A DNA stretch of 64,000 nucleotides from an uncultured Pseudomonadota bacterium (GCA_902788365.1 CADAJN010000001.1:90020-154019), one strand, 5' to 3'; shown: positions 8,955 through 19,866, counted from the first letter of the stretch. Numbers and translations are program-made. Notes: generated by a model from the letters alone, not told the origin.

Positions 8955-9920
8955 CTAGCTGGCTCCGGCTTTTAAGCAGTCATGAATGTGCACAATACCG
9001 ATTGGTTTTTTATTTTCAACCACAAAAACATTGGTAATGCCGTTACCGGTCGTGTTCATTATATTTACAGCCTCTGCAATTAAAATATCTTTGGTAATTG
9101 TGCGCGGATTTTTGGTCATAACTTTAGACACTTTTTCACTGATTAAGTTTGGCGACATCCAACGGCGCAAATCGCCGTCGGTTATCATACCGATTAAATC
9201 GCCGTTGTCATCAACAATACCAACACAGCCAAGCATTTTTTCCGACATGGTTATTAACGCATCTTGCATGATTGCATCTTTGCTGATAAGCGGCATTTCA
9301 TCACCGGTGTGCATAATATCCGACACATGGCGCAAAATGGAACCGAGCTTACCGCCCGGATGACGCAATTTAAAATCGTCTTCGGTAAAGCCTTTGCGCA
9401 CCATCAGAGCCGCCGCCAAAATATCGCCCATTACCAAAGTTGCCGTTGTGGAAGACATCGGAGCAAGACCGAGCGGACAAGCTTCTTTATTATCCGGAAG
9501 ACGCAAAATTAAATCACTGTTGCGCCCCAATGAACTGTCCGGATTTTTGGTAATGGCTATTAACGGTATGGAAAAACGACGACAATACGTTAAAATATCA
9601 AGCAATTCTTTAGACTCGCCGCTGTTTGAAATGGCAATAACCGAATCGTCTTTAGTCACCATGCCTAAGTCGCCGTGACTGGCTTCACTCGGATGCAAGA
9701 AAAACGCCGGTGTGCCGGTTGAAGCCATTGTTGCGGCTATTTTATTACCGATATGCCCTGATTTACCCATTCCGGTTACAATGACACGGCCTCGCGTGTT
9801 TTGTAAAATATCCAACACTTTTCCCAGTGTGTCATCCAAACTGTTTTCCATAGTTTTCAGCGCTTCAATTTCGCGGTCAATGGTTTGTCTGGCCACATGT
9901 ATATCAGAAATTTCAGTCAA
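8955..9920 (-). CDS. kdsD: Arabinose-5-phosphate isomerase KdsD (SIS + tandem CBS)
   Basis: SIS motif VTGMGKSGHIGNKIAATMASTGTPAFFLHPSEASHGDLGM; C-terminal CBS pair. Confidence 0.85.
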   Translation of the reverse strand: MTEISDIHVARQTIDREIEALKTMENSLDDTLGKVLDILQNTRGRVIVTGMGKSGHIGNKIAATMASTGTPAFFLHPSEASHGDLGMVTKDDSVIAISNSGESKELLDILTYCRRFSIPLIAITKNPDSSLGRNSDLILRLPDNKEACPLGLAPMSSTTATLVMGDILAAALMVRKGFTEDDFKLRHPGGKLGSILRHVSDIMHTGDEMPLISKDAIMQDALITMSEKMLGCVGIVDDNGDLIGMITDGDLRRWMSPNLISEKVSKVMTKNPRTITKDILIAEAVNIMNTTGNGITNVFVVENKKPIGIVHIHDCLKAGAS

Positions 9921-10095
9921 TTTCGTTCTCCTATTTATCTATTTATGTAAATCATACGATTTTTTTGTTTATTGGCAAGTTTTATTTGCGCTTTATGCCC
10001 GATTGTTTATGCTTGTTTGCAAATTTCAACAGCTATTTTGAGCGGTTGGCAAAATTTTACGGCGTTAAAATGCGCATTGTGTTGGAATAAAAATA

Positions 10096-11097
10096 CTATA
10101 TCTTCTGTAAAATCTTTTGTGCAATTTTACGATAAACCTTGGCGTGCTGGCTATCCGGTGCAGCCGCCACAATCGGTGCGCCACTGTCCGAACCGCTGCG
10201 AATTTGCATATCAAGCGGAATATCACCCAAAAATGTTTCACCCATTTTTTCGGCCGTAGTTTTAGCCCCTTCGTGACCAAAAATATCGCTACGCTCGCCA
10301 CAGTGCGGACACACAAAATAGCTCATATTTTCAATAATTCCAAGCACCGGTGTGCCGATTTTTTTGAACATGTTAACGCCTTTTATAGCGTCTATCAATG
10401 CAATATCCTGCGGTGTTGAAACAATCACAATACCGGCGAAATCAACGCGTTGCGATAATGTAATTAAAATATCTCCCGTTCCCGGCGGCATATCCAAAAC
10501 CATAACGTCAATTTCGCCCCAATCAGTATCAGTCAAAAGTTGTTCAATGGCACCGCACGCTTTTGCGCCACGCCAAATCAGCGGTGTGTTGCGGTCAATC
10601 AGCGCCCCGATGGATACCGACTTTATGCCATATTCCAAAAAAGGTGTAAAATGCCGACCGTCAGCCGAGCTCAACGGCGTGCCCTCATAGCCGAGCATGG
10701 TTGGCACGGAAGGGCCATAAATATCGGCATCAACTAATGCCACGCGCTGTTTCAAATCAGCCAGTGCCAAAGCCAAATTTACCGCTGTGGTTGATTTACC
10801 GACTCCCCCCTTACCCGACGCTACGCCGATAATCTTTTTAACCCCTTTAATTTGCCATTTTTCAATAGCTTGCACACCGATATTAACATTTTGCGCCTGC
10901 ACAAAAACAACCGATATTTTAACCTCGGGCAGCACCTTATTTATGTCCTGTTTCAGGGCATTTACCTGTGCCGCATCTTCGTGCATATTTTGCAGTTGAA
11001 TAATCAGCCGATTGCCCAGTAATTTAATATCGGCAATATTTTCAGCCGCAAAATGTTGCTGCACCAATGCTTGAATTTCTGCCTGTGTCATTTTCAT
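10096..11097 (-). CDS. apbC: Fe-S cluster carrier ATPase Mrp/ApbC
   Basis: P-loop GKGGVGKSTTAVNLALALA; CPHC motif; N-terminal DUF59-like region. Confidence 0.85.
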   Translation of the reverse strand: MKMTQAEIQALVQQHFAAENIADIKLLGNRLIIQLQNMHEDAAQVNALKQDINKVLPEVKISVVFVQAQNVNIGVQAIEKWQIKGVKKIIGVASGKGGVGKSTTAVNLALALADLKQRVALVDADIYGPSVPTMLGYEGTPLSSADGRHFTPFLEYGIKSVSIGALIDRNTPLIWRGAKACGAIEQLLTDTDWGEIDVMVLDMPPGTGDILITLSQRVDFAGIVIVSTPQDIALIDAIKGVNMFKKIGTPVLGIIENMSYFVCPHCGERSDIFGHEGAKTTAEKMGETFLGDIPLDMQIRSGSDSGAPIVAAAPDSQHAKVYRKIAQKILQKI

Positions 11098-11192
11098 TTC
11101 TCCGTGTGGATATTATGCGATATCACATTGTTTTTGTTTATGCTTTGCATTATGTTTATGCTATAAATTCACTTTTAGCAAGAGGAAAGATT

Positions 11193-12233
11193 ATGGCAAA
11201 AAAAACTAATCCGTGGGATAATGGCGATGACGACGGTATTTGGACCGCCGAAGGCGATGTTTTAAAGCGCAGTAAAATTATTGATTTTGCAAAAATCAGT
11301 AAGCTGCAATCGCCGAAAGACAACTGGAACGGCTATATAAAATACGGCTTATTGCTGATTTTGGCACTGTGGCTGACATCGGGTTTTTATCAGGTGCAAC
11401 CAAGCGAACAAGGTGTGGTATTGCGTTTCGGCAAATATTTGCAAACGACTGATGCCGGCCTGCATTATCATTTGCCGGCACCGATTGAAGAAGTGATTAA
11501 AGTTAACGTTACGCAAGAGCGCAGTATCAACCTTGGCACCATGGATAACCGCTATCGCAATGCGCGCAATACTGCTTTCACGGAAAGTCACATGTTGACC
11601 GGTGACGAAAATATTGTGGATATTAACTTAACCGTGGTGTGGAAAATTAAAGACGCCAAAAATTATCTTTTCAGCATGCGCTCGCCGGACGAAACCGTCA
11701 GCGTTGCGGCACAATCAGTTTTGCGCGAAATTGTCGGTCAATCGGAAATGCAACCGATTATTACCGGTGATCGCGGCAAAGTGGAAGATGACACAAAAGA
11801 AGAATTGCAACGCGTTTTAGATGAATTTGATGCCGGCGTGCAAATTGTGCGTGTAAAGTTGCAAAAAGCCGACCCACCGCGCGAAGTGGTTGATGCGTTT
11901 AATGAAGTGCAACGTGCCAAAGCCGATATGGAACGCTTCAAAAACGAAGCCGAAGCCTATCGCAATGAAGTAATTCCGAATGCCAAAGGTAAAGCGGCGC
12001 AAATTTCGCAAGCCGCCGAAGCCTATCGTTCGGCCACAGTCAATAAGGCCGAAGGCGAAGCAAAGCGCTTTGCATCTGTGTATGAGGCCTATAAAAACGG
12101 CAAAAGCGTTACCGTGCGCAAAATGTATTTAGACGCTATGGAAGAAGTTTTACAAAAATCGCATAAGGTTATTATTGATCCGTCGCAAAAAGGCAATATG
12201 CTGCCGGTTCTGCCGCTCGGTAATAATAAATAA
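11193..12233 (+). CDS. hflK: FtsH protease modulator HflK (band-7/SPFH)
   Basis: ATG at 11193 with GAGGAAAG RBS; TM then SPFH domain; followed by hflC. Confidence 0.8.
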   Translation: MAKKTNPWDNGDDDGIWTAEGDVLKRSKIIDFAKISKLQSPKDNWNGYIKYGLLLILALWLTSGFYQVQPSEQGVVLRFGKYLQTTDAGLHYHLPAPIEEVIKVNVTQERSINLGTMDNRYRNARNTAFTESHMLTGDENIVDINLTVVWKIKDAKNYLFSMRSPDETVSVAAQSVLREIVGQSEMQPIITGDRGKVEDDTKEELQRVLDEFDAGVQIVRVKLQKADPPREVVDAFNEVQRAKADMERFKNEAEAYRNEVIPNAKGKAAQISQAAEAYRSATVNKAEGEAKRFASVYEAYKNGKSVTVRKMYLDAMEEVLQKSHKVIIDPSQKGNMLPVLPLGNNK

Positions 12234-12245
12234 GGGAGAAAAAAG

Positions 12246-13121
12246 ATGACGAGATATGGTTGGTTGCAAGGATTGATCGTGGTATGCGGCGCATTGCTGA
12301 TATTGTTTTTCAGCTCGGTTTATGTGGTATATCAGCCGGAACAGGCAATTGTGCTACAATTTGGTGAGCCGGTGCGTTTGGTTAACGAACCGGGGCTGAA
12401 ATTCAAAGTGCCTTTCATTCAAAACGTGGTGTTTTATGATTCACGCCTGTTAAACTTAGATCCGCCGGCGCAAGAAGTGGTGCTTAATGATAAAAAGCGT
12501 TTGGATGTGGACAGTTTCACCCGTTATAAAATCGTTGACCCGCTCAAGTTTTATCAAACCGTGCGCACCGAAGAACAAGCGCAAAGCAAATTGGCAGAAA
12601 TCGTTAATTCATCTTTGCGTAAAGTTTTGGGACGCGTTACTCTGACTGAGTTGCTGTCGGAAAAACGCAATCAAATTATGCAGGATATCAGCGCCACGGT
12701 AAAAAAAGATGCCGAGGCCATCGGGGTTAGTGTGGCCGATGTGCGTATTCGCCGTGCCGATTTGCCGATTGAGGTTATGCAGGCCATTAACCACCGCATG
12801 CGCACCGAGCGCGAACGTGACGCCAAAGAGTTTCGTGCTAAAGGTCAACAGGAAGCTCAAAATATTCGTGCGCGCGCTGATAAAGAAGCCACCATCATTG
12901 TGGCCGAAGCAGAAAAAAATGCACAAATTACGCGAGGTCAAGGCGATAAAGATGCGGTGACATTATGGAACAATATTGTCGGTCAAGACGTTAATTTCTA
13001 CGAATTTTATCGCTCGTTGGAGGCTTATCGCAAATCTTTGGCCGATGATGACACGTCTTTAGTGCTGTCACCGGACTCGGAATTTTTCAAATATTTTAAT
13101 CAGATGATGAAAGAACATTGA
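12246..13121 (+). CDS. hflC: FtsH protease modulator HflC
   Basis: 291-aa SPFH protein immediately after hflK. Confidence 0.8.
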   Translation: MTRYGWLQGLIVVCGALLILFFSSVYVVYQPEQAIVLQFGEPVRLVNEPGLKFKVPFIQNVVFYDSRLLNLDPPAQEVVLNDKKRLDVDSFTRYKIVDPLKFYQTVRTEEQAQSKLAEIVNSSLRKVLGRVTLTELLSEKRNQIMQDISATVKKDAEAIGVSVADVRIRRADLPIEVMQAINHRMRTERERDAKEFRAKGQQEAQNIRARADKEATIIVAEAEKNAQITRGQGDKDAVTLWNNIVGQDVNFYEFYRSLEAYRKSLADDDTSLVLSPDSEFFKYFNQMMKEH

Positions 13122-14410
13122 TGAAACCGCTTTATTTACTTATATTGCTATGTTTGTGGACAATGCCAAGCAGTGCCGAATCGCTTCAAGAGCCTGCACA
13201 GCAAGAGCTGTCGCTGGAAGATGTGATTGAAAGCGTCAGTCAGGCTGTGGTGAAAATTGCCGTCGCGACAACCGATGGCGAACAGGTTTCCGGCGCAGGC
13301 TTTGTAGTTGGCAAAGACGGATATGTTGTAACCAACGCGCATGTGGTTGAAAATGCCGCAAAAACAACAATCATCACAACTAATGAAGATGAATATTCCG
13401 CCAAAATCATCGGTATAGACAGTAAAACCGATATTGCATTGTTGCAGGCGGATCAACCGCTCGGGTTAGCACCGGCGCAATTTGCCGATTCGGATAATGT
13501 GCGCGTCGGTAACACTGTGTTTGCCATCGGTAATCCTTATGGGCTTGGCAACAGCGTATCGCTTGGTATTATTTCGGCCAAAGAACGCGATATTTCCAGC
13601 GGTCCGTATGACAATTTTTTGCAAACCGATGCGGCCATCAATCAGGGAAATTCGGGGGGACCGCTGTTTAATCTGCAAGGCGAAATCATCGGTATGAATA
13701 CGGCAATTTTTTCTACTGACGGTCGTAATCAAGGATTAGGTTTTGCCACACCGGCCAATATTGTCCAATGGGTTGTTAATCAGCTGCAAAAAAACGGTCG
13801 TGTGGTGCGCGGTTGGCTCGGTATTGATGTGGGATTGGTTAAGGCTAAAGAAGATCCGACAATCAAGCAACTGGCGATTGTTTCAATGAGTGAAGATTCT
13901 CCGGCTGCCACCGCAGGTCTGAAAGTGGGCGACGTTATTGAGCGATTGGGCAATATCAATTTGAAAAATGCCCGCTTATTTGCCGGCGAAATTGCCGCCA
14001 CCAAACCTGATACGATTCTGCCGTGGACTGTGCGGCGCGACGGCGTTTTAATCAGCGCCGATATTAAAGTTGCAGAAATGCCTCAAGCACAAAAAGAAAA
14101 TCAACCGGCGGAACCAATCGTCGTCAACGATAAAAATTGGGTGCACCTAACCGAATTAGATGCCAAAGGTTTTTATAGCGACAGCAAACAACGCTTCATT
14201 ATTACCGAAATTGACCCGAACGGAGTGTTGGCCGAAAAAGGCATTGAGGTCGGACAAAGCCTGCTCTCGCTGAATAATAAAAAAGTTTTCGGCGTAGAAG
14301 ATTTGCGTGTTAAAATTAAAGAAGCACGCGATATCGGCCGTATGACTTTGCAATTTGACAACAACGGCGAAATTGATACTGTCATTATTGACATGAAAGA
14401 AGAACAATGA
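13118..14410 (+). CDS. htrA: Periplasmic serine endoprotease, DegP/HtrA (Do) family
   Basis: Signal peptide; catalytic motifs TNAHVV, D, GNSGGPL; C-terminal PDZ. Confidence 0.85.
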   Translation: MMKPLYLLILLCLWTMPSSAESLQEPAQQELSLEDVIESVSQAVVKIAVATTDGEQVSGAGFVVGKDGYVVTNAHVVENAAKTTIITTNEDEYSAKIIGIDSKTDIALLQADQPLGLAPAQFADSDNVRVGNTVFAIGNPYGLGNSVSLGIISAKERDISSGPYDNFLQTDAAINQGNSGGPLFNLQGEIIGMNTAIFSTDGRNQGLGFATPANIVQWVVNQLQKNGRVVRGWLGIDVGLVKAKEDPTIKQLAIVSMSEDSPAATAGLKVGDVIERLGNINLKNARLFAGEIAATKPDTILPWTVRRDGVLISADIKVAEMPQAQKENQPAEPIVVNDKNWVHLTELDAKGFYSDSKQRFIITEIDPNGVLAEKGIEVGQSLLSLNNKKVFGVEDLRVKIKEARDIGRMTLQFDNNGEIDTVIIDMKEEQ

Positions 14411-14862
14411 GCCGCGTTGACTTTTATCATTTACAAAAACAATCGCCGGAAGAAGTTTTACCGGTTTTGCTGAATAAAGCCTATGCTGCGGGTTGCAAAA
14501 TTTGTCTTAAAACCATATCGGAAGAACGGGTGACTTATTGGAACGGCTATTTGTGGACGTATAATGATGAAAGCTTTTTGCCGCACGGCTCAAAAAAAGA
14601 CGGATTTACCGAAAAACAGCCGATTTTTTTAACCGCAGAAAATGAAAATGCCAATCATGCCTCGTTTTTATTTTTGGTTGACGGTGCAGAAATAGAACCG
14701 ACCAAATGTGCCGATTTTGAGCGTGTGTTCAATTTGTTTGACGGTCATTCAAATGACGCATTGGCTCAGGCCAGACGCTTATGGAAGGCTTATAAAGAAG
14801 CCGGATTGGAAATTTTTTATTGGCAACAAAACGATAGCGGTAAATGGGAACAAAAGGGCTGA
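14407..14862 (+). CDS. holC: DNA polymerase III chi subunit
   Basis: 151 aa; N-terminus MSRVDFYHL resembles chi; overlaps htrA stop by 4 nt. Confidence 0.65.
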   Translation: MSRVDFYHLQKQSPEEVLPVLLNKAYAAGCKICLKTISEERVTYWNGYLWTYNDESFLPHGSKKDGFTEKQPIFLTAENENANHASFLFLVDGAEIEPTKCADFERVFNLFDGHSNDALAQARRLWKAYKEAGLEIFYWQQNDSGKWEQKG

Positions 14863-14892
14863 TAAATTATCGTCGGGCTCTTTTATATATTA

Positions 14893-15636
14893 TCAATATT
14901 CCGGTCGCGCCAACGTCAGCGCGTAAACCTTTTTGGCACCGGCCTTTTTAAGCACCTTTGCGCATTCCGCCAAGGTTGAGCCGGTGGTTTCAACATCATC
15001 TATCAGCACAATTTTGCGCCCCTTAATATTTTGCGGCTTAATGACCGCAAATGCCTGTTTCAAATTATTGCGTCTGGCTGCACCGCTCAGTTGCACTTGC
15101 GGAATGGTGTAGCGCACCCGTTGCAATGAAAAGTAATCGGCATCAATATTTGTTTTTTTCGCCAAATGCCGTGCCAACAGTGCCGATTGATTATAGCGCC
15201 GTTCCAACAGACGCTGACGATGAATCGGTACCGGTATAATCAAATCCGGCTCGTCATCCCAAATATCACGACCGGCACGCCATAGCATATCGCCCAACAC
15301 AGCGGCATATGAAGTTTTATCGGCAAATTTAAACCCCAAAATCAAATTTTTGGAATCGTCATCATAGATAAAAGCGAATCGTTTGAGCGCAAACAGCGGT
15401 CGTTTTTGTGCCAAACAAGCACCGCAAATCTGCTTTTTTCCGGCCTCTTGTGCCATCTCATTGTCAAACGGTCGGCCGCAACATGCGCACATCGGCGCTC
15501 CGATAAAGCGTATTTTATTGAAGCATTCGGCACATAAACTATTACGTTCGCTCAAAATTTTGCCACATTTTATACAACGCGGCGGCAACACGGCATTAAC
15601 CATTAAACGACAAAAATCAGCAATAAAATCAATCAT
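14893..15636 (-). CDS. comF: ComF-family protein (double zinc ribbon + phosphoribosyltransferase)
   Basis: N-terminal CxxC...CxxC pairs; C-terminal PRTase motif VLIDDVETTGSTL. Confidence 0.75.
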   Translation of the reverse strand: MIDFIADFCRLMVNAVLPPRCIKCGKILSERNSLCAECFNKIRFIGAPMCACCGRPFDNEMAQEAGKKQICGACLAQKRPLFALKRFAFIYDDDSKNLILGFKFADKTSYAAVLGDMLWRAGRDIWDDEPDLIIPVPIHRQRLLERRYNQSALLARHLAKKTNIDADYFSLQRVRYTIPQVQLSGAARRNNLKQAFAVIKPQNIKGRKIVLIDDVETTGSTLAECAKVLKKAGAKKVYALTLARPEY

Positions 15637-16507
15637 TTAAGTGCAAATCCGCCAATGCTTGATGGATATAATTCATGCGGTCAACCACCGTCATTCCGGC
15701 CGCACTTAAAACTTTTTTCTTATCTTGCACCGAAGTCAAACCGTGAGTTAAAATATCGGCGGCATAACCCATGGTTGAAGCAAACGGCAGCGACTCGCCG
15801 GCCACAAACGCAATAACCGGCTTTTTATGCGGCAATTTTGCATAACATTCGGCTGCTTGCAATTCATAAGCATTATCGGCTTTACCAATTAAAACAACCG
15901 CTTTAGTGGCATCATCTTCCATAAATTTTTCCAAAAGCGGGCAAAAATCTGTGCCGATAATCATATCGTCGCCCAAACCGATAACAGTTGATTGCCCCAG
16001 CCCTGCGGCATTTGTTTCCAGTATTCCCTCATAAGTCAGGGTAGAAGCACGTGAAATAATACCGATTGAACCTTGGTGCAGCAAATCTTCCGAAAAAATT
16101 CCCAAACGCGCTTCATTCGGCGTCATCAGCCCCGGTGTATTCGGACCGATTAACATGGTTTGTGAGCCTTTCAGCATGGCTTTAATCTCCAGCATATCGT
16201 GCACCGGCACCCCTTGGGCGATTGAAACCGCCAACTTCACTCCGGCTTCAACCGCTTCGCGCACCGCTTGTTTAACGGCACGAGCCGGCACAAAAAGCAC
16301 ACTGGCATCAATGGGCATATTTTTCACCGCTTCGCGCACATTGGCAAACACCGGCACCCCCAAATGCTCACCTTGCGTATAATTCGGCGATGTTCCGGCC
16401 ACAACATTTGTGCCGTTATCAATTGAACGCTTCACATGAAATGATGCCTGAATGCCGGTAATTCCCTGCACCAAAACCCGTGTATTTTTATCGGCCAAAA
16501 TAGACAT
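15629..16507 (-). CDS. sucD: Succinyl-CoA synthetase alpha subunit
   Basis: CoA-binding GITGIQASFH; catalytic His region; follows sucC. Confidence 0.85.
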   Translation of the reverse strand: MSILADKNTRVLVQGITGIQASFHVKRSIDNGTNVVAGTSPNYTQGEHLGVPVFANVREAVKNMPIDASVLFVPARAVKQAVREAVEAGVKLAVSIAQGVPVHDMLEIKAMLKGSQTMLIGPNTPGLMTPNEARLGIFSEDLLHQGSIGIISRASTLTYEGILETNAAGLGQSTVIGLGDDMIIGTDFCPLLEKFMEDDATKAVVLIGKADNAYELQAAECYAKLPHKKPVIAFVAGESLPFASTMGYAADILTHGLTSVQDKKKVLSAAGMTVVDRMNYIHQALADLHLND

Positions 16508-17709
16508 CAGTCATTTATCTCCATTTTTTCAATCAATTTATCAATCGCCTCATTGGTGTTTTCGGCAAACACAATCGGCAAATTGGTTTGGCGCAAAATT
16601 GTGCGGGCTTCGTCTTTATTAGTGCCCTCCAAACGCACAATCATCGGCACGTTTAAACCCACCTCCTGAGTGGCGGCTATAATACCGTCGGCAATTAAAT
16701 TACAACGCAAAAATCCGCCCAAAATATTGATTAAAATACCCTCCACACGCGGATTGGTCATAATGATTTTAATACCTTGCGCAATTTTATCTTTATCAAC
16801 ACCGCCTTTAACATTCAGCGCGCACGCCGTATTCCAACCCTTAGAGCGAATCACGTCCATCGCCTCTAAAGCCAGCCCTTCGCCGTTAACAATGCAACCG
16901 ATATTGCCGTCAAACTCGGCATAGTGAAAACCGTTGCGTTTGGCTTTTAATACACGCGGTTCTTCTTCATAATCGTCATGCATACGCCAAATATCCGGAT
17001 GCCGAAACAGTGCATTATCGTCAAAGTTGATTTTGGCATCAAGTGCTAACAATTTTTTAGTGCGAGTCACACCGACCGGATTGATTTCAATCATCTGTGC
17101 ATCTAAGTTCACAAAGGTAACGCGCAGTTTGTTGAAAAACTCTCTAAAGCCTTCCAAATGCGTTTTATCCAGCGATAAAAAGTCAAGAATCCGCATTAAC
17201 CGGCTATCATTTATCGGCTCGTTATACGAAAGTGGCAAGCGCAATATTTTATCATCTTCACCGGTCTTAAAATCAAGCAAATCCCTATCAACCACATCCG
17301 AAACCAACAACACCATTGCCGGTAGCGAGCTGTCAATAATAATGCCGGCATAAAACAACCGCTTTACATGTTTAAAAGCTTCAACATAAACTTTGCTGAC
17401 CAATTTTCCTTTGGCGCCGGTTTGCTCGGTTACCAGCGTATTACCAAGCATTTGCGATGTTTCATAAGCCACATTTTTAATTTGTGTGACCTGACGAATG
17501 CCGCCTTTAGAATTTGCCGCATGCTCCAAAAAATATCCCGAGTGGCGTGCACCGGCTTGAATTTGCGCTTTAAGCATCCACGGCCCGCGGGCGCTGATTT
17601 TTTGCGCCACACGTTTAGCCTCTGTCGGCGTATAAGCAATTCCGCCAGCCGGCACCTCAATTCCGTATTGCGCCAAAATTTGCTTGGCCTGATATTCGTG
17701 AATGTTCAT
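16507..17709 (-). CDS. sucC: Succinyl-CoA synthetase beta subunit
   Basis: MNIHEYQAKQIL N-terminus (ATP-grasp). ATG at 17709 is preferred over the GTG at 17724. Confidence 0.8.
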   Translation of the reverse strand: MNIHEYQAKQILAQYGIEVPAGGIAYTPTEAKRVAQKISARGPWMLKAQIQAGARHSGYFLEHAANSKGGIRQVTQIKNVAYETSQMLGNTLVTEQTGAKGKLVSKVYVEAFKHVKRLFYAGIIIDSSLPAMVLLVSDVVDRDLLDFKTGEDDKILRLPLSYNEPINDSRLMRILDFLSLDKTHLEGFREFFNKLRVTFVNLDAQMIEINPVGVTRTKKLLALDAKINFDDNALFRHPDIWRMHDDYEEEPRVLKAKRNGFHYAEFDGNIGCIVNGEGLALEAMDVIRSKGWNTACALNVKGGVDKDKIAQGIKIIMTNPRVEGILINILGGFLRCNLIADGIIAATQEVGLNVPMIVRLEGTNKDEARTILRQTNLPIVFAENTNEAIDKLIEKMEIND

Positions 17710-17720
17710 TTTTGGTCCGC

Positions 17721-18122
17721 TCACTTTGCGTTTTGCGCATATTGTTTTATTTTCTCAATCATTGACATCATGCCGTTACGACGACTCGGTGTCAGATTTT
17801 CCTCTAATCCGAGTTTAGCAAAAATTTTTTGAACATCAACCTTTTTTATTTCATCGGCAGATTTATCGTTATAAATGGTAAACACAATAGCAATAATCCC
17901 TTTTACCAAAAGTGCATCGCTATCGCCGCAAAAATGAATACAATCAGGCTTAAACTGCGGCACCAACCAAACTTGCGATTGGCAACCTTTTACCAACCAC
18001 TGCTCGGTCTTAAAAGCCTCATCCAGCGGCTCTAAACGGCGGCCTAAGTCAATTACATATTGATATTTTTCTTCCCAATTTTCAAAAAAGCTGAAATTTT
18101 CAATCAGTTCGTCAATATCCAT
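17721..18122 (-). CDS. sufE: Cysteine desulfuration protein SufE
   Basis: 133 aa; conserved GCQSQVW cysteine motif. Confidence 0.8.
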   Translation of the reverse strand: MDIDELIENFSFFENWEEKYQYVIDLGRRLEPLDEAFKTEQWLVKGCQSQVWLVPQFKPDCIHFCGDSDALLVKGIIAIVFTIYNDKSADEIKKVDVQKIFAKLGLEENLTPSRRNGMMSMIEKIKQYAQNAK

Positions 18123-18619
18123 TAAAACAACTCCAATAATTCTTTGGCTTCATCAGTCATTTTATCCGGACTCCAAGCCGGCTCCCACACCAATTTTACT
18201 TCTACCTTGCCGACACCGGTCGTTTGCGCCACGGCATCTGCCACTTGTTGCGGCAAAACACCGGCAATCGGACAGGTCGGCGCTGTCAACGTCATTTCAA
18301 TATACAAATCGCCGCTGTCTTGCTGGTCTATTTTATAAATTAACCCCATATCATACACATTCAGCGGAATTTCCGGATCAGATACGGTGCGAATCTGCTC
18401 TACAATATCAATCATTTTGGCTTTTTCGGTGCCGTCGGCAACCGCCTCACCGGCATAAGCGGAATATTCCACCGGCGTCGGTGCCTCATTTGCATCATCA
18501 CTCACACTCATCGCTTGCAACAAACGACTTTCTGTTGCCCCAATGGCATCTTCGGAACTCACTTCCGGCCATTCGGTCACAAATTCATCTCCTTTTTTTA
18601 CTGCATTATCTGTCATCAA
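18122..18619 (-). CDS. sufT: SUF-system Fe-S assembly protein, DUF59/MIP18 (SufT-like)
   Basis: C-terminal DUF59 motif TLTAPTCPIAG; lies between sufS and sufE. Confidence 0.7.
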   Translation of the reverse strand: MMTDNAVKKGDEFVTEWPEVSSEDAIGATESRLLQAMSVSDDANEAPTPVEYSAYAGEAVADGTEKAKMIDIVEQIRTVSDPEIPLNVYDMGLIYKIDQQDSGDLYIEMTLTAPTCPIAGVLPQQVADAVAQTTGVGKVEVKLVWEPAWSPDKMTDEAKELLELF

Positions 18620-19866
18620 TTTTCTCTAAAGAATTTTTCTGCTTTTAAAAGTGCATTTATCAGCGCATCAATATCTTCTTTGGTGCTGTAAAGTCCCAGT
18701 GAAGCACGCGCCAATGAAGTATATCCCATGCGGTTTACCAACGGTTCGGCACAATGATGGCCGGTGCGCACCGCCACATTTTCTTTGTTAAGCACAAAGG
18801 CCAAATCTTGCGGATGAATGCTGTTTACAATAAAGCTGAAAACCCCGCCCTTATTTGGTGCAGTGCCGATAATTTTGAGGTTTGGCACCTCATTTAGGCG
18901 TGCTGTTGTATAAGCCGTCAACTCGCGTTCATGTTGCATAATATTTTCAAGGCCGAGATGTTGCATATATTTTAGCCCCTCAGCCATACCGATAGCCTGC
19001 ACCGAAGCGCTAGTGCCGGCTTCAAAACGCGCCGGAATCTCAGCAAAAGTTGTGTGCTGATAGGTCACATGCTCAATCATATCCCCGCCAAATTGATACG
19101 GCGGCATGGTGCTTAAAATTTCTGCCTTGCCGTAAAGCACGCCAATACCGGTCGGGCCATAGGTTTTATGGCCGGAAAACGCCAAAAAATCGCAATCCAT
19201 GTCTTGGACATCAATTTTATGATGCACGGCAAATTGGCAGGCATCAACCAATATTTTAGCACCAGCCCGATGTGCAGCCACGGCGATTTCTTTTATTGGA
19301 AAAATCGTGCCTAAAACATTGCTCATGGCAGTTACGGCGACCAATTTGGTGCTGGAATTTAATGCGCGCAAAAATTCATCTTCAATGTAACTGCCGTCGT
19401 CAGCAATTGCAAAAACCCTTAAAGTGGCGCCGGTTTTAGCACATATTTGCTGCCACGGCACCAGATTGGCGTGATGTTCGGCCTCAGAAATCAGCACTTC
19501 GTCGCCGGCACGCAAATTTTGCATACCCCAAGTTGCCGCCACCAAGTTGATAGATTCTGTAGCATTACGCGTCCAAATTATCTCTCGCGTTTCGCGAGCG
19601 TTAATAAAAGCGCGAACGGTTTGACGTGCTGCTTCAAACTCCTCTGTTATTTGCTCGGCGAACCAATATGAGCCGCGGTGTGCATTGGCATAACAGGTTT
19701 GATAAATCTGCATCATTTTATCAAGCACACACTGAGGTTTTTGCGCCGAAGCCGCCGTATCCAAAAACGCTACCGGCCGTCCGTTTAACGGGCGGTTCAA
19801 CAGCGGAAAATCTTTACGTATCTGATACACATCAAACATTTGTTTTGCCTTTAATTTATTTACCAT
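18616..19866 (-). CDS. sufS: Cysteine desulfurase SufS (class V aminotransferase)
   Basis: PLP-lysine region FSGHKTYGPTGIGVLYGK; active-site Cys near the C-terminus (RTGHHCA). Confidence 0.85.
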   Translation of the reverse strand: MVNKLKAKQMFDVYQIRKDFPLLNRPLNGRPVAFLDTAASAQKPQCVLDKMMQIYQTCYANAHRGSYWFAEQITEEFEAARQTVRAFINARETREIIWTRNATESINLVAATWGMQNLRAGDEVLISEAEHHANLVPWQQICAKTGATLRVFAIADDGSYIEDEFLRALNSSTKLVAVTAMSNVLGTIFPIKEIAVAAHRAGAKILVDACQFAVHHKIDVQDMDCDFLAFSGHKTYGPTGIGVLYGKAEILSTMPPYQFGGDMIEHVTYQHTTFAEIPARFEAGTSASVQAIGMAEGLKYMQHLGLENIMQHERELTAYTTARLNEVPNLKIIGTAPNKGGVFSFIVNSIHPQDLAFVLNKENVAVRTGHHCAEPLVNRMGYTSLARASLGLYSTKEDIDALINALLKAEKFFREN

